Assembly: GCA_032718475.1 (NCBI GenBank)
Contig: JAUCBJ010000080.1
Span: forward strand, 1-60,155
DNA: 60,155 bases
Origin: Nemertoderma westbladi
Taxonomy: Eukaryota > Animalia > Xenacoelomorpha
Reading direction: 5' to 3'
Shown: positions 35,180-48,052 of the stretch, piece by piece
Position numbering within the stretch: the first letter of the stretch is position 1
Layout: each line of letters starts with the position of its first letter
Notes under the pieces: model-generated
The model's database searches: none
What the model saw: only the letters and a program-made list of their open reading frames with translations
What the model was told of the DNA's origin: nothing
Translations under genes and position numbers: made by a program

Positions 35180-37885
35180 AAGCACGATTAAGTGGAGCTC
35201 TAACAATTCCCCCTAGCGGCAGGCAGATGAACTGTAAAAGTTTGTCTGTGTGTAGAATTTCTAATTTTGCAATTCACGTAGGACAGTAGGTTACTACTAA
35301 AATTCAGATGAATCTGATGGTTGGTTCTATAATTACAGCTAATTTTACGTTTCTGTCAATTCGCCCCCTAGCGGCTGACAGAGGAACTGTAAAATTATGT
35401 CTGTATGAACAATTTCTAAAATTTTAATAGACTACATGTGTACCAAGTTTGGTTCCATTTCATCCATGATTGATCGAATTATTAGCGCTCCAACATTTTC
35501 GTAACGAATTTAATTGATACAGTAGTATTTAATAATTACATAATTAATTAATAATCACTGGAGCACTCTGCTCGAGTTCCTGCAGTTATTATTAGTGTTA
35601 TTATTATTTTATGTTATTATTATTGTGTTGTGGCTGGCCAGCCAGAATGCACTGGCGCGCATTGAGGATCCCGGCGCGCATATGGATGTCATGTCAGCTT
35701 GTACAGTAACAATGCACTGGCAACATATCCACTCTACTTGAAATTATACTACTGTAGTATGTTTAAAGAGTTAAAAAATTTTCAAAAAATGTTTTTTTCA
35801 TTTTTTTAAATTTTTTAAAAAAATTTTTCGCTCGCTTCGCTCGCGTTTGTAATTATATCCTACTCATATCCATTATTTCAATATCCCTATTTGGCTACTG
35901 TACCTGTTTATTAAACATGTATTAAACACGTGTATTGTTTCAAAAGTTTTTCAATTGTTAAAACCAATATAAAACCACATTCTCATGCTCGCTACGCTCG
36001 CAATTTAATCCATAATCACATTTGGTATTTAAAAACAGTTCGGTTGGTGTTGATGGCCTACTACAGTACTATTCATTTTAAAAAATTTTACTCGCTACGC
36101 TCGCAATTTAGGACTAATCACACCCAGACATCTGTATTTAAAAACGGGTTACAGACCGAACGTAATCAGGATAGTTTTTACGAATCAAACGTAACCGCAA
36201 TTATGTTAAATTCATATATTAGATCCTATAACTATGTTACATTCGATCTACAAATTACTAACCCCGAATGTAACACATTTATTTCATTTGTATTTTGAAG
36301 GAGTTAGGCCTAACCCGATGAAATTCTTCATTTATTTACAGGAAGAAACAGTTTGGTGTTGGTTAGTACAAAACAAAGACCCAATACCCAATTAAGTAAC
36401 CTGCATGATCTTGTAACATGTGTTAACTTTCGTTTATTGTTTTGGTTCCCCCATCACGCCTCTGTAACCTGCTCCATTAAATCTGTAAATGGCGATGTTA
36501 CATTCGGCCTTAGATTCCCTTTATTAGAGCTTTTATAATATAACAAATAAATGTTTTGGTGATAAGGGTTTTTGAGGTTGATACTGTAGTTATAGGATCC
36601 AATGTAACATAATTGCGGTTACGTTCGATACGTAATAACTTGTTACATTCGATCCTGATTACGTTCGGTCATGCAGTCATTATCCTTTAAAAACAGTCGG
36701 TTGGCCTACTATCTGACTAATACTGTATTAATGTTAATATTTCTGCAAAATTTATTTGCTCGCTACGCTCGCCTTTTAATTTTAAAATACTGTAGTAGGT
36801 CTGCTGCAGTATAAACTGATAAATTATTACAATATACCGGTAACAGTATAATACATTCTGACACTACCTAATGATTGCAAAATTTCATGGTGAATGGTTG
36901 GCGCGTATTGAATCTCATGGCTGGCGCGCTTTTTGCTTTACCAGAACCCGTGTGGCGCGCTTTTTGTCAATATTCCATATAGGCTACTGGTAGGTCCCCG
37001 ATAAAACTTAATTAGGCCTATACCTGTACTGAAAAAAACAGTGCACCCATCAGCCCATACTGTCATAACAGCATAAATAAATCACTTGACATCACTGTTG
37101 GCTTCTCATATCTTTACAGCTTTAGTTGACCCCGGCATCACTTAGGTAGTTTGGCTTTTCATCTCTTGACTTGACAATCAGAAATCAGTTGACATTAGGC
37201 TACTCGAATGAGAATAAATTGAAGCTTTTTGCTATTTATTAGGGCCTACTGTATTATGAGGAAACCCAAACCCTATAGGCCTACAGGCCTACAGAGCTAT
37301 AGGCCTATTGCTATAGGCAGATAGGCCTAAAACACGAGAATAGGCTAAAGAAAAAGTTTTACCTCTTTCTCAAGAACTAAAAAAAGCAGATTGTTTGGCA
37401 GTTTGGGCAGTATTGATTTGGGCAGTTGGGTGTTTAGGCGGACCCGGACCCCCCACCCCCCATATTGACTGCTGTACTGCGTACTGCCATACTTCTGTAG
37501 GCCTACTTAAGTCATCGAATAGGCCTGATCGGCCTGTATCCACTAGGACTATCTCCCTATCAGCCTATATCGTATTGTAAGAGAGTAAAATACCGGTACC
37601 TAAGCTCTGAAGCTGCAATGGACAAATTTTCAGATTGCATTACTGCATTAGCAACAATTAAACAATTAAGAAGAACACAATGTTTGTTTTTTTATCTATT
37701 TTGTCCCTAAACCAAATGATAGGCCGCAAATAGAGCTACTACTACTGCGTATACCGATACCATAGTTACGGGCGTTGCTATTAATAAAATAATAATTATG
37801 AAGTATGAAGTAGGTAGCAATATCAGAAAATCAATATATATTTGATTTCTTTGAATACAGTCAGACAGTTACTTAATACTGTAAT

Positions 37886-38476
37886 ATGGCGACTGAATAC
37901 CATATAGTAATTTTAGTCCTGGTTTCTTGGATGGCCGGATTAATTGATAAAGTTGACGGGAAATATTGTTCTTACGTTACTATAGATGGCGCTGTTGAAC
38001 GGTATTACTGCAACATGTACGAGCACTGCTGCGGAACTTCATGTTGCCGAAATACATTTTCCTTCTATCGTATGTGGTATTTTTGGTTTCTTTGTTTGAT
38101 GGCATTGATGTTCTGTAGCGGGGGCGGCTACTGGTACCGGCGAAGGCAGTACGTATACGGCACGGGCGGGGGCGCCTACCCAGCCACCAACCAGACCAAC
38201 AACCCCAACCCCATATCCTTTCTGTTTATACCGCGGTCGGGACGAAGGAACCAACAGCAGCCTTATTCGCCGGCGAGTGGCGTGTCGTCGTACAACGCCG
38301 CCGCCGTACCCCCGCTCCAACCCCAGTACTACTCCACTGCTACGAATCCGCCCCCATCTACCAACGCCACGCAGCAGCCCTATGGGGGCGCCCCGCCCAC
38401 CTACGTGCAGGCCACCTCAGACGGATTGCCGCCTCCACCGCCCTATTACTATCCTTCTGGGGAATCAAAACAATAA
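37886..38476 (+). CDS. VOPP1: VOPP1/WBP1-family single-pass membrane protein, uninterrupted CDS
   Basis: Signal peptide, C..YEHCCGTSCC, RMWYFWFL transmembrane segment, RRR, and PPTY/PPPPY PPxY motifs; acceptor AG at 37859-37860. Confidence 0.88.
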   Translation: MATEYHIVILVLVSWMAGLIDKVDGKYCSYVTIDGAVERYYCNMYEHCCGTSCCRNTFSFYRMWYFWFLCLMALMFCSGGGYWYRRRQYVYGTGGGAYPATNQTNNPNPISFLFIPRSGRRNQQQPYSPASGVSSYNAAAVPPLQPQYYSTATNPPPSTNATQQPYGGAPPTYVQATSDGLPPPPPYYYPSGESKQ

Positions 38477-40862
38477 ACGAAACCCCGAAATATTATTAAA
38501 CCGGCGACTATATATATATATATATTATTATATATTAAATGATGTTAACAACTTATCCAATTGTTTATGAAATTTATTATTAATGTACGTACTCCAACCT
38601 AATCATAACGGTTGATATTTGACGAATACCGGTATGGCGTGTATGTCTCTTTTTTAATGTTTCTATTATTTTAGGGAATTTCTTTAGAATATTATTCGTC
38701 TGCTTCATTAAAATGTTTTATCTATATATCTCATTATCTATATTTGAAATTTCATATTTATACTTTATGTACCGGTATCATTAAATGTGTTCGGAATCAT
38801 ATTGTTTTCCTCTACGATTGGTGCAGTTCTACAGGCGCTTGTGGTGCGCAGCAGGTGTGCATGGCAGATGTGAGGCGTTGTTGTTGAGAAAAAAACAACC
38901 CTTGGTTAAAGAGTTGAAATAATTTTCGAAATCTGTTAATGTACCATTCTGAAGGATATCGATTGAGATGCCTGGGTGTTCGGCTTAGTGTTTAATACAT
39001 TGCTTAAAGTATCCTTTATAATATTACATGATTTTCTTAACTAAAGTAAACCGACCGACCTTAAATTGGTCTTTGACGCGGACGGACACGGACAGTGGAA
39101 GTATACGTACACACTGTATTATAATATACTTACTTTCCTAGTTTACACATTATCTATATGGTATTATTATTCTAGTTTCTTGTATTTTATTGTTATGTCA
39201 ATTGATTTCGGAAGTTTGTTTTATTAGATACTACCGGTATATGAAGCAGACGATATAATAATATAGATACAGTGTGGTCCAATAGTTATACAAGGTGCAC
39301 TTCGATGTAAAACTGACCTTTGCGAAATTTTATTCCGTTTGATTTCGTTTCTGAGGTGCTCAGCTTATGTCTGCCATAATTCAATCAAAGACTTTATACT
39401 GGGCGAATCCTAGAAAATAGTGCTGCGAACTGAAACAACATTTGATTAGTTTCTGTTTCAGTTCGTATAAACATATTCAGTTCCAGTTCCCAAAAAATAA
39501 TCCAGTTTCAGTTATAATATAATATACCTGTTTATTTCAGTTCCAATTCCCAAAAAGAAATGTTTCAGTTCTAGTTTCATAAATTTTCGCAAGACCGCTA
39601 GGTTTAAAAACATTTATACCGGTATACTGTATGTTTCAGTTCCAGTTATGAAAGAATGCTAAAAATAATTCAAGTTCTATTTCAGTTACAGTTCAGTTCA
39701 GAAACATTCATCAAAACAAGACTCGCGTTGCGTCAAAGCGATGCGGGAATTTCAACTAAATATGAAATCGTGCAAATATAATACTCCGCGTGTCATTTTT
39801 ACTCTAAAATGGTTTTTATGGGGGGCGGGGTATATTTGTTTAACTTTTGGACCACCATATCTGATATTATACAGGGTTGGGATACCATTAGGATCTGCGT
39901 CTGCATGGTTTATAGTTATCCTCTGCTTTATAACTAACTTTTATAACAACACAACTTCCTATCCGCTTTCCTTTTTACTAAATATAAATAAATGATGTTG
40001 TCATTGTAAATTGGTGCAAGTATATCATTCTATGTTGGCAGACAGTTACTGAATATTATATTCAGGAATATTGACTAAAATTTGTGTAAGTACATGTATG
40101 TAGTTTTATTCTAAAATTTCAACATTATGACAGGATTGCTGACTCAAAACTCCTTAAATGAAACTCAATTAATTGTTGACAAAAAATAATGTCGTAAAAA
40201 TTTGTATTCTTTAACTGTTAATATTTCAATTTATTATTAATAATAATATTTATTTGTTGTGGTATTTTTGTAATCACAGACAGACCAATATAAAATTGCT
40301 AGTTCAGTTCCATTGTTACATGTAGATCTATTATTGTCTATGAATTATTATCTATAAAAATAATCCTGGTCTTTACGCTGTAATGTGATATACGATAATT
40401 ATATACTACATGCTCGAGAGTTGCAATGTGCTCCTATATTATGTTTACATTTTGGAATATGTTATATTAAGTTGAAAATGTTGCATTTGTTTGTATTTTT
40501 GTGCTTTCAACTAACAGTACGCGTAAAATTTGGAATTCATTTTAAAAATTTATTTTAAATTGAAAAATCTCCCTTTTACATATTTATTACAGGGTAAATT
40601 ATTCCACTAAACATGGTGGACGAGTGTACCGTGTGCTAATACTACTGCTTAGCGCTGTACATCTGCTATCCATGTTATCAATCAGTAAGCGTAATTCGTT
40701 GAATTTCTGTTACTTAGGCTTACAAGATGGTAAAGTCATTACTAATTACTACTGCAAAGTCATTACACAGTATTAAATGTTACAAAAATATTATCTTAAT
40801 ATCGTTTTCAGATTGCCAAATTATTTCAATAATTCCAGTTTGGTTTTCAGTTCAATGTTCAG

Positions 40863-42832
40863 CACTAATGTGTACTAACATACACTAATGTGTACTAACA
40901 TACACTAACGTGTACTAACATACACTAACGTGTACTAATGTGTACTAACATACACTAATGTGTACTAACATACAATAATGTGTACTAACATACACTAATG
41001 TGTACTAACATACACTAATGTGTACTAACATACACTAATGTGTACTAACATACACTAATGTGTACTAACATACACTAATGTGTACTAACATACACTAATG
41101 TGTACTAACATGCACTAATGTGTACTAACATTCACTAATGTGTACTAACATACACTAATGTGTACTAACATACACTAATGTGTACTAACATACACTAATG
41201 TGTACTAACATACACTAATGTGTACTAACATACACTAATGTGTACTAACATACACTAATGTGTACTAACATGCACTAATGTGTACTAACATGCACTAATG
41301 TGTACTAACATACACTAATGTGTACTAACATACACTAATGTGTACTAACATACACTAATGTGTACTAACATACACTAATGTGTACTAACATACACTAATG
41401 TGTACTAACATACACTAATGTGTACTAACATACACTAATGTGTACTAACATACACTAATGTGTACTAACATGCACTAATGTGTACTAACATGCACTAATG
41501 TGTACTAACATACACTAATGTGTACTAACATACACTAATGTGTACTAACATACACTAATGTGTACTAACATACACTAATGTGTACTAACATGCACTAATG
41601 TGTACTAACATGCACTAATGTGTACTAACATACACTAATGTGTACTAACATACACTAATGTGTACTAACATACACTAATGTGTACTAATATACACTAATG
41701 TGTACTAACATACACTAATGTGTACTAACATACACTAATGTGTACTAACATGCACTAATGTGTACTAACATACACTAATGTGTACTAACATACACTAACG
41801 TGTACTAACATACACTAACGTGTACTAATGTGTACTAACATACACTAATGTGTACTAACATACAATAATGTGTACTAACATACACTAATGTGTACTAACA
41901 TACACTAATGTGTACTAACATACACTAATGTGTACTAACATACACTAATGTGTACTAACATACACTAATGTGTACTAACATACACTAATGTGTACTAACA
42001 TGCACTAATGTGTACTAACATTCACTAATGTGTACTAACATACACTAATGTGTACTAACATACACTAATGTGTACTAACATACACTAATGTGTACTAACA
42101 TACACTAATGTGTACTAACATACACTAATGTGTACTAACATACACTAATGTGTACTAACATGCACTAATGTGTACTAACATGCACTAATGTGTACTAACA
42201 TACACTAATGTGTACTAACATACACTAATGTGTACTAACATACACTAATGTGTACTAACATACACTAATGTGTACTAACATACACTAATGTGTACTAACA
42301 TACACTAATGTGTACTAACATACACTAATGTGTACTAACATGCACTAATGTGTACTAACATGCACTAATGTGTACTAACATACACTAATGTGTACTAACA
42401 TACACTAATGTGTACTAACATACACTAATGTGTACTAACATACACTAATGTGTACTAACATGCACTAATGTGTACTAACATGCACTAATGTGTACTAACA
42501 TACACTAATGTGTACTAACATACACTAATGTGTACTAACATACACTAATGTGTACTAATATACACTAATGTGTACTAACATACACTAACGTGTACTAACA
42601 TACACTAATGTGTACTAATATACACTAATGTGTACTAACATACACTAATGTGTACTAATATACACTAATGTGTACTAACATACACTAATGTGTACTAACA
42701 TACACTAATGTGTACTAACATACACTAATGTGTACTAACATACACTAATGTGTACTAACATACACTAATGTGTACTAACATACACTAATGTGTACTAACA
42801 TACACTAATGTGTACTAACATACACTAATGTG
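40863..42832. repeat. 20-bp minisatellite CACTAATGTGTACTAACATA (~98 copies)
   Basis: Directly visible; the pattern of variant units repeats at an 890-bp offset. Confidence 0.97.
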
Positions 42833-43261
42833 ACTAGACTAGACTACTTTATAATATTTGTTGTATATGTCACAATGTTTTATCTTATTAAATTTATTAT
42901 GGTTTTTAAGATGTAGCAAGACCAACATATCTAATAATTATACTATGCTATGCTTTATTTTATGCTCACAACTTAACTTAATGTGTACATTTTTATTTCA
43001 AACGTATAGTTAATGTTCTTGTTTGTTTTTATTTTTTGAAAAAATCAAAATTACAAAATATTTTGTCAAATTTACGGTATCGTTTATGTAGGAACTGCAA
43101 TGGAATTTACCTTTACATTCTTTTGTCATCTGGAAAATTAAATGTAAATTATTGTCACATTCCGTAAACGTCACAGACGTATCTGGTAATAGCCAGAGAC
43201 GTCTGCGGAATTTCCCGGGTTACAAATTGGTAAAAATGCGTGACATATGTGCACGACCCAT

Positions 43262-45740
43262 TACACCAACCCTCGATCTTACCTTTCACCTACCCTCGAT
43301 CTTACCTTTCACCAACCCTCTATCTTGCCTTACACCTACCCTCGATCTTACCTTTCACCAACCCTCTATCTTACCTTTCACCAACCCTCGATCTTACCTT
43401 TCACCAACCCTCTCTATCTTACCTTTCACCTACCCTCGATCTTACCTTTCACCAACCCTCTATCTTACCTTTCGCCTACCCTCGATCTTACCTTTCACCA
43501 ACCCTCGATCTTACCTTAAACCAACCCTCCAACCCTCTATCTTGCCTAACACCAACCCTCTATCTTACCTTTCACCTACCCTCGATCTTACCTTTCACCA
43601 ACCCTCGATCTTACCTTAAACCAACCCTCCAACCCTCTATCTTGCCTTACACCAACCCTCTATCTTACCTTTCACCTACCCTCGATCTTACCTTTCATCA
43701 ACCCTCTATCTTACCTTTCACCTACCCTCGATCTTACCTTTCACCAACCCTCGATCTTACCTTACACCAACCCTCTATCTTGCCTTACACCAACCCTATA
43801 TCTTACCTTTCACCAACCCTCTATCTTACCTTTCACATACCCTCAATCTTACCTTTCACCTACCCTCGATCTTACCTTTCACCAACCCCCGATCTTACCT
43901 TACACCAACACCCTATCTTGCCTTACACCAACCCTCTATCTTACCTTTCACCAACCCTCTATCTTGCCTTACACCAACCCTCTATCTTGCCTTACACCAA
44001 CCCTCTATCTTACCTTTCACCAACCCTCCAACCCTCTATCTTGCCTTACACCAACCCTCTATCTTACCTTTCACCTACCCTCGATCTTACCTTTCACCAA
44101 CCCTCTATCTTGCCTTACACCAACCCTCTATCTTGCCTTACACCAACCCTCTATCTTACCTTAAACCAACCCTCCAACCCTCTATCTTGCCTTACACCAA
44201 CCCTCTATCTTACCTTTCACCTACCCTCGATCTTACCTTTCACCTACCCTCGATCTTACCTTACACCAACCCTCTATCTTGCCTTACACCAACCCTTTAT
44301 CTTACCTTTCACCAACCCTCTATCTTGCCTTACACCAACCCTCTATCTTGCCTTACACCAACCCTCTATCTTACCTTTCACCAACCCTCTATCTTACCTT
44401 TCACCTACCCTCGATCTTACCTTTCACCTACCCTCGATCTTACCTTTCACCAACCCTCGATCTTACCTTACACCAACCCTGTATCTTGCCTTACACCAAC
44501 CCTCTATCTTGCCTTACACCAACCCTCTATCTTACCTTACACCAACCCTCTATCTCACCTTTCACCAACCCTCGATCTTACCTTTCACCTACCCTCGATC
44601 TTACCTTTCACCAACCCTCTATCTTACCTTTCACCAACCCTCGTTCTTACCTTACACCAACCCTTTATCTTACCTTACACCAACCCTCTATCTTACCTTA
44701 CACCAACCCTCTATCTTACCTTTCACCAACCATCTTGCCTTTCACCAACCCTCGTTCTTGCCTTACACCAACCCTCTATCTTACCTTACACCAACCCTCT
44801 ATCTTACCTTTCACCAACCATCCATCTTACCTTTCACCAACCCTCTATCTTGCCTTTCACCAACCCTCTATCTTACCTTTCACCAACCCTCGATCTTACC
44901 TTTAACCAACCCTCTATCTTACCTTTCACCTACCCTCGATCTTACCTTTCACCTACCCTCGATCTTACCTTTCCCCAACCCTCTATCTTACCTTTCACCA
45001 ACCCTCTATCTTGCCTTTCACCAACCCTCTATCTTACCTTTCACCAACCCTCGATCTTACCTTACACCAACCCTCGATCTTACCATACACCAACCCTCGA
45101 TCTTACCTTTCACCTACCCTCTATCTTACCTTTCACCAACCCTCTATCTTGCCTTTCACCAACCCTCTATCTTACCTTTCACCTACCCTCGATCTTACCT
45201 TACACCAACCCTCTATCTTACCTTTCACCAACCCTCGATCTTACCTTTCACCAACCCTCTATCTTACCTTACACCAACCCTCTATCTTACCTTTCACCAA
45301 CCCTCGATCTTACCTTTCACCAACCCTTTATCTTACCTTTCACCAACCCTCGATCTTACCTTTCACCAACCCTTTATCTTACCTTTCACCAACCCTCGAT
45401 CTTACCTTACACCAACCCTCTATCTTACCTTTCACCAACCCTCGATCTTACCTTTCACCAACCCTTTATCTTACCTTTCACCAACCCTCGATCTTACCTT
45501 TCACCAACCCTCTATCTTACCTTTCACCAACCCTCGATCTTACCTTTCACCTACCCTCGATCTTACCTTACACCAACCCTCTATCTTGCCTTACACCAAC
45601 CCTTTTCTTACCTTTCACCAACCCGCTATCTTGCCTTACACCAACCCTCTATCTTACCTTACACCAACTCTCTATCTTACCTTTCACCAACCCTCGATCT
45701 TACCTTACACCAACCCTCGATCTTACCTTACACCAACCAC
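43262..45740. repeat. 23-bp minisatellite CACCAACCCTC(G/T)ATCTT(A/G)CCTT(T/A) (~105 copies)
   Basis: Directly visible; the 23-aa periodicity of ORFs in all + frames matches a 23-bp unit. Confidence 0.97.
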
Positions 45741-45949
45741 ACCAGAATAAATGGCCTGCAGCGAACAATTCTTCTTGCAATCTTTGAACGCCTATATCTC
45801 AGCTGTTTCTCAACGAAATTCAGATATTGTTACATATTTCGAATATAGGGTCACGGTGTACTGCACATACATTATTCGTACAAAGGGGCCTTTGAAAAAA
45901 ATTACTGAGCAAAAATATATAATAAGTAATGAGTTGAGATGCTATACCG

Positions 45950-46580
45950 TCTTAACAAAAGTATTTTGTCACCACCATGCAATCCACAATTGGCAAGCCC
46001 AATGCAGCGTGCATTAGGAATGCTGTGACGGCTTATCAACAAAATTGCACCGCCACAACTCCCTATCATCCTTTAGCATAAGCATACCATCCTCTGAGCT
46101 TTTGCTCATCCGATCAGAGATTTGCTGACGACTTTCTAAGACAGCTGTCACAATTTTGGTCTTTTTGGTGTTAACAAAAAGACCAACACTAGAAGCAGCC
46201 TGTTCTAATGAGCTGATGAGCCGTTGTGCTCCCTCTAGTGAGTTTGAGAGTACTCCTAAGTTATCAGCAAAGTCTAGATCACTTTGGTACAGCACTTGGC
46301 AGGATTTCCTTGACTTCTGGGGCCAGTAGGACTATCGCCCCAATGGGAATATCTGGGAGTACAGAACAGACACTTTTACTTCTATAAAGTTATCAGGCAA
46401 TACCCCGTCATTTTTGAGGAGCTTTTCAAAGAGGGCTTCCAACCATATTATGGAAGCGATCGGCTGGTAATTCTGCCTTAACCTTGGTGGTTGGTTGGCT
46501 TTTCCGCCCCGCCCAGTAAGCAAGTTGATCGATTACCATGCCTGGGATGATTGCCTGCTGTCGTCGGCATCATTGATGGC
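45950..46580 (-). pseudogene. Deleted RTE family 2 fragments (alternative 3' end)
   Basis: DLDFADNLGVLS..EGAQRL and ELWRCNFVDKP are homologous to 58578-59782. Confidence 0.8.
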
Positions 46581-46840
46581 ATCAACAATGCCCCCTTGTT
46601 GTGGGAGGCCCTAGGCCGCATCCTACTCTGCCTATATGCCTAAATCCGGCCCTGATTATTAAAAAAAATAGATTTAAATAGATACATTAAATACATAAAC
46701 AATTATATAATCTATCAACGTTATAATAGTAGAGCTACTGCCCTATAATATTAAATAGTTCATCCGTTCGTTTTATAATATTAAAGTAATAGTAAACCAA
46801 TTGACTGTATGATATCTGACAATACTATTAACCGTTATTA

Positions 46841-47041
46841 ATAATAATAAGTGAATTGTTGTGGGGTGAGTGACGCGGTGTATTAAATATACAATGTAAA
46901 TAAGTAAATCAGTACACTCACCCGGCTGATGATAACCAGAAGTTTGAAACCTAGGTACCGGGTTCGAGCCCCAATAGGGCCGGTTGATATTTTTCGCTAT
47001 GGAGAGCATTATCATATTGTCTTATTTACATTGTATATTTA
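46841..47041. mobile_element. Short copy of the tRNA-box/hammerhead element
   Basis: Same tail and arm as 5305-6034; 23-bp inverted overlap ATTAAATATACAATGTAAATAAG; 14-bp TSD ATTAACCGTTATTA (46827-46840 / 47042-47055). Confidence 0.8.
46920..46963 (+). ncRNA. Minimal type I hammerhead ribozyme (palindromic CUAG loop III)
   Basis: ACCCGG-CUGAUGA-UAACCAGAAGUUU-GAAAC-CUAG-GUA-CCGGGU; perfect 6-bp helix I. Confidence 0.75.
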
Positions 47042-47199
47042 ATTAACCGTTATTACATAACCAGCGACTTAAACAAGCTCTGTACAATCAGACCACATAA
47101 TGGCGTTGCGTTGCAGCCTCCCAGTTCCCTTCAATAAGATTGCTTTACATCACTAGGCCTATATTATTACATTGGGCTACGTCAGTACGTACCAAGGAC

Positions 47200-48052
47200 T
47201 GCTCTACTACAGAGACAGAACGTGGGCCTTGTTCTCCGCGTCTTTAATGGAATGGTAGTCGCAGCACTCTCCTTGAATGGTTGTAATGGTACAGCAGAAG
47301 TGATAGAACATATTTTAATATGGTGGAAAGTTGTTAGTGTGACAAGCGTTGGTGAAGCAGTACGGTTTAAAGATCCTTACCGTGACTCTACTACTAGGAT
47401 CGGCATGCTGCATTGCAGCTGCATTTTTAAGAATGCTGTGCCGGCTTACCGTCCTTACCGTGAAGCAATCACTTCTACAGACTGCACGGCGATACGAACA
47501 TTGGAAGAAATGGGCACCGAGTTCCAGAACTTCCCTCATGCTATTGGACGTATGAGACATGGTGTGTTAACCACTGATACACAGCGGGCATTATGGCAGA
47601 CAACGTTTGGACTGCGACAATTGTCATTCCTTTTACTACAGCGGGGCTATGATTACGTTTTAAGTGGTGCAATTAACCAAAACAGATTGGAAGATGAGTT
47701 TGGCTGTTTCCGTGGTATGACGGGCTCAAATCTCTCTCTTAATGTGAAAGACGTTGAAGCGGCTTTTCGGGGACGGAGTTTGTTATTGTTGGTCGACTTA
47801 AATGAGATGCCCAAAGCCGTTACAGCAGTTGAATATTCAAAAACATGTGATTCATGCCGTTATCCATTACCCGAGGAAACCCTTGCTATTGTTGAACACC
47901 TTTCTGATCTAGACTCTAAGGCCACGGACTGTGACATTGCTATATCGAACACTGTCAGACTATTTGAACTCAGATGGCTGGATGGAGTCAAAACCTCAAT
48001 GCAGCAATGCTGTTTCCCACTGTACACTGTACAGCTGTACCCACTGTGCTGA
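47200..48052 (+). pseudogene. P-element/THAP9-like transposase fragment
   Basis: QRQNVGLVLRVFN, LTTDTQRAL..T and YVLSGAINQNRLEDEFGCFRGMTGSN resemble the P-type transposase RNase H C-terminal region. Confidence 0.75.
47386..47451 (-). mobile_element. Extremely 5'-truncated RTE family 2 insertion
   Basis: Reverse complement of the family 2 3' end (...GCATGCCGATCCTAGTAG); 12-bp TSD TCCTTACCGTGA (47374-47385 / 47452-47463). Confidence 0.88.

Noticed and set aside
39418-40867. hAT element whose right end seeds the 20-bp satellite
   Set aside because: Only an 8-bp terminal match (TAGTGCTG/CAGCACTA) plus TTCAGTTC repeats, and no TSD.
43152-45848. 836-aa, 571-aa and other ORFs as real proteins
   Set aside because: They arise from a nearly stop-free 23-bp satellite that is open in all three + frames.
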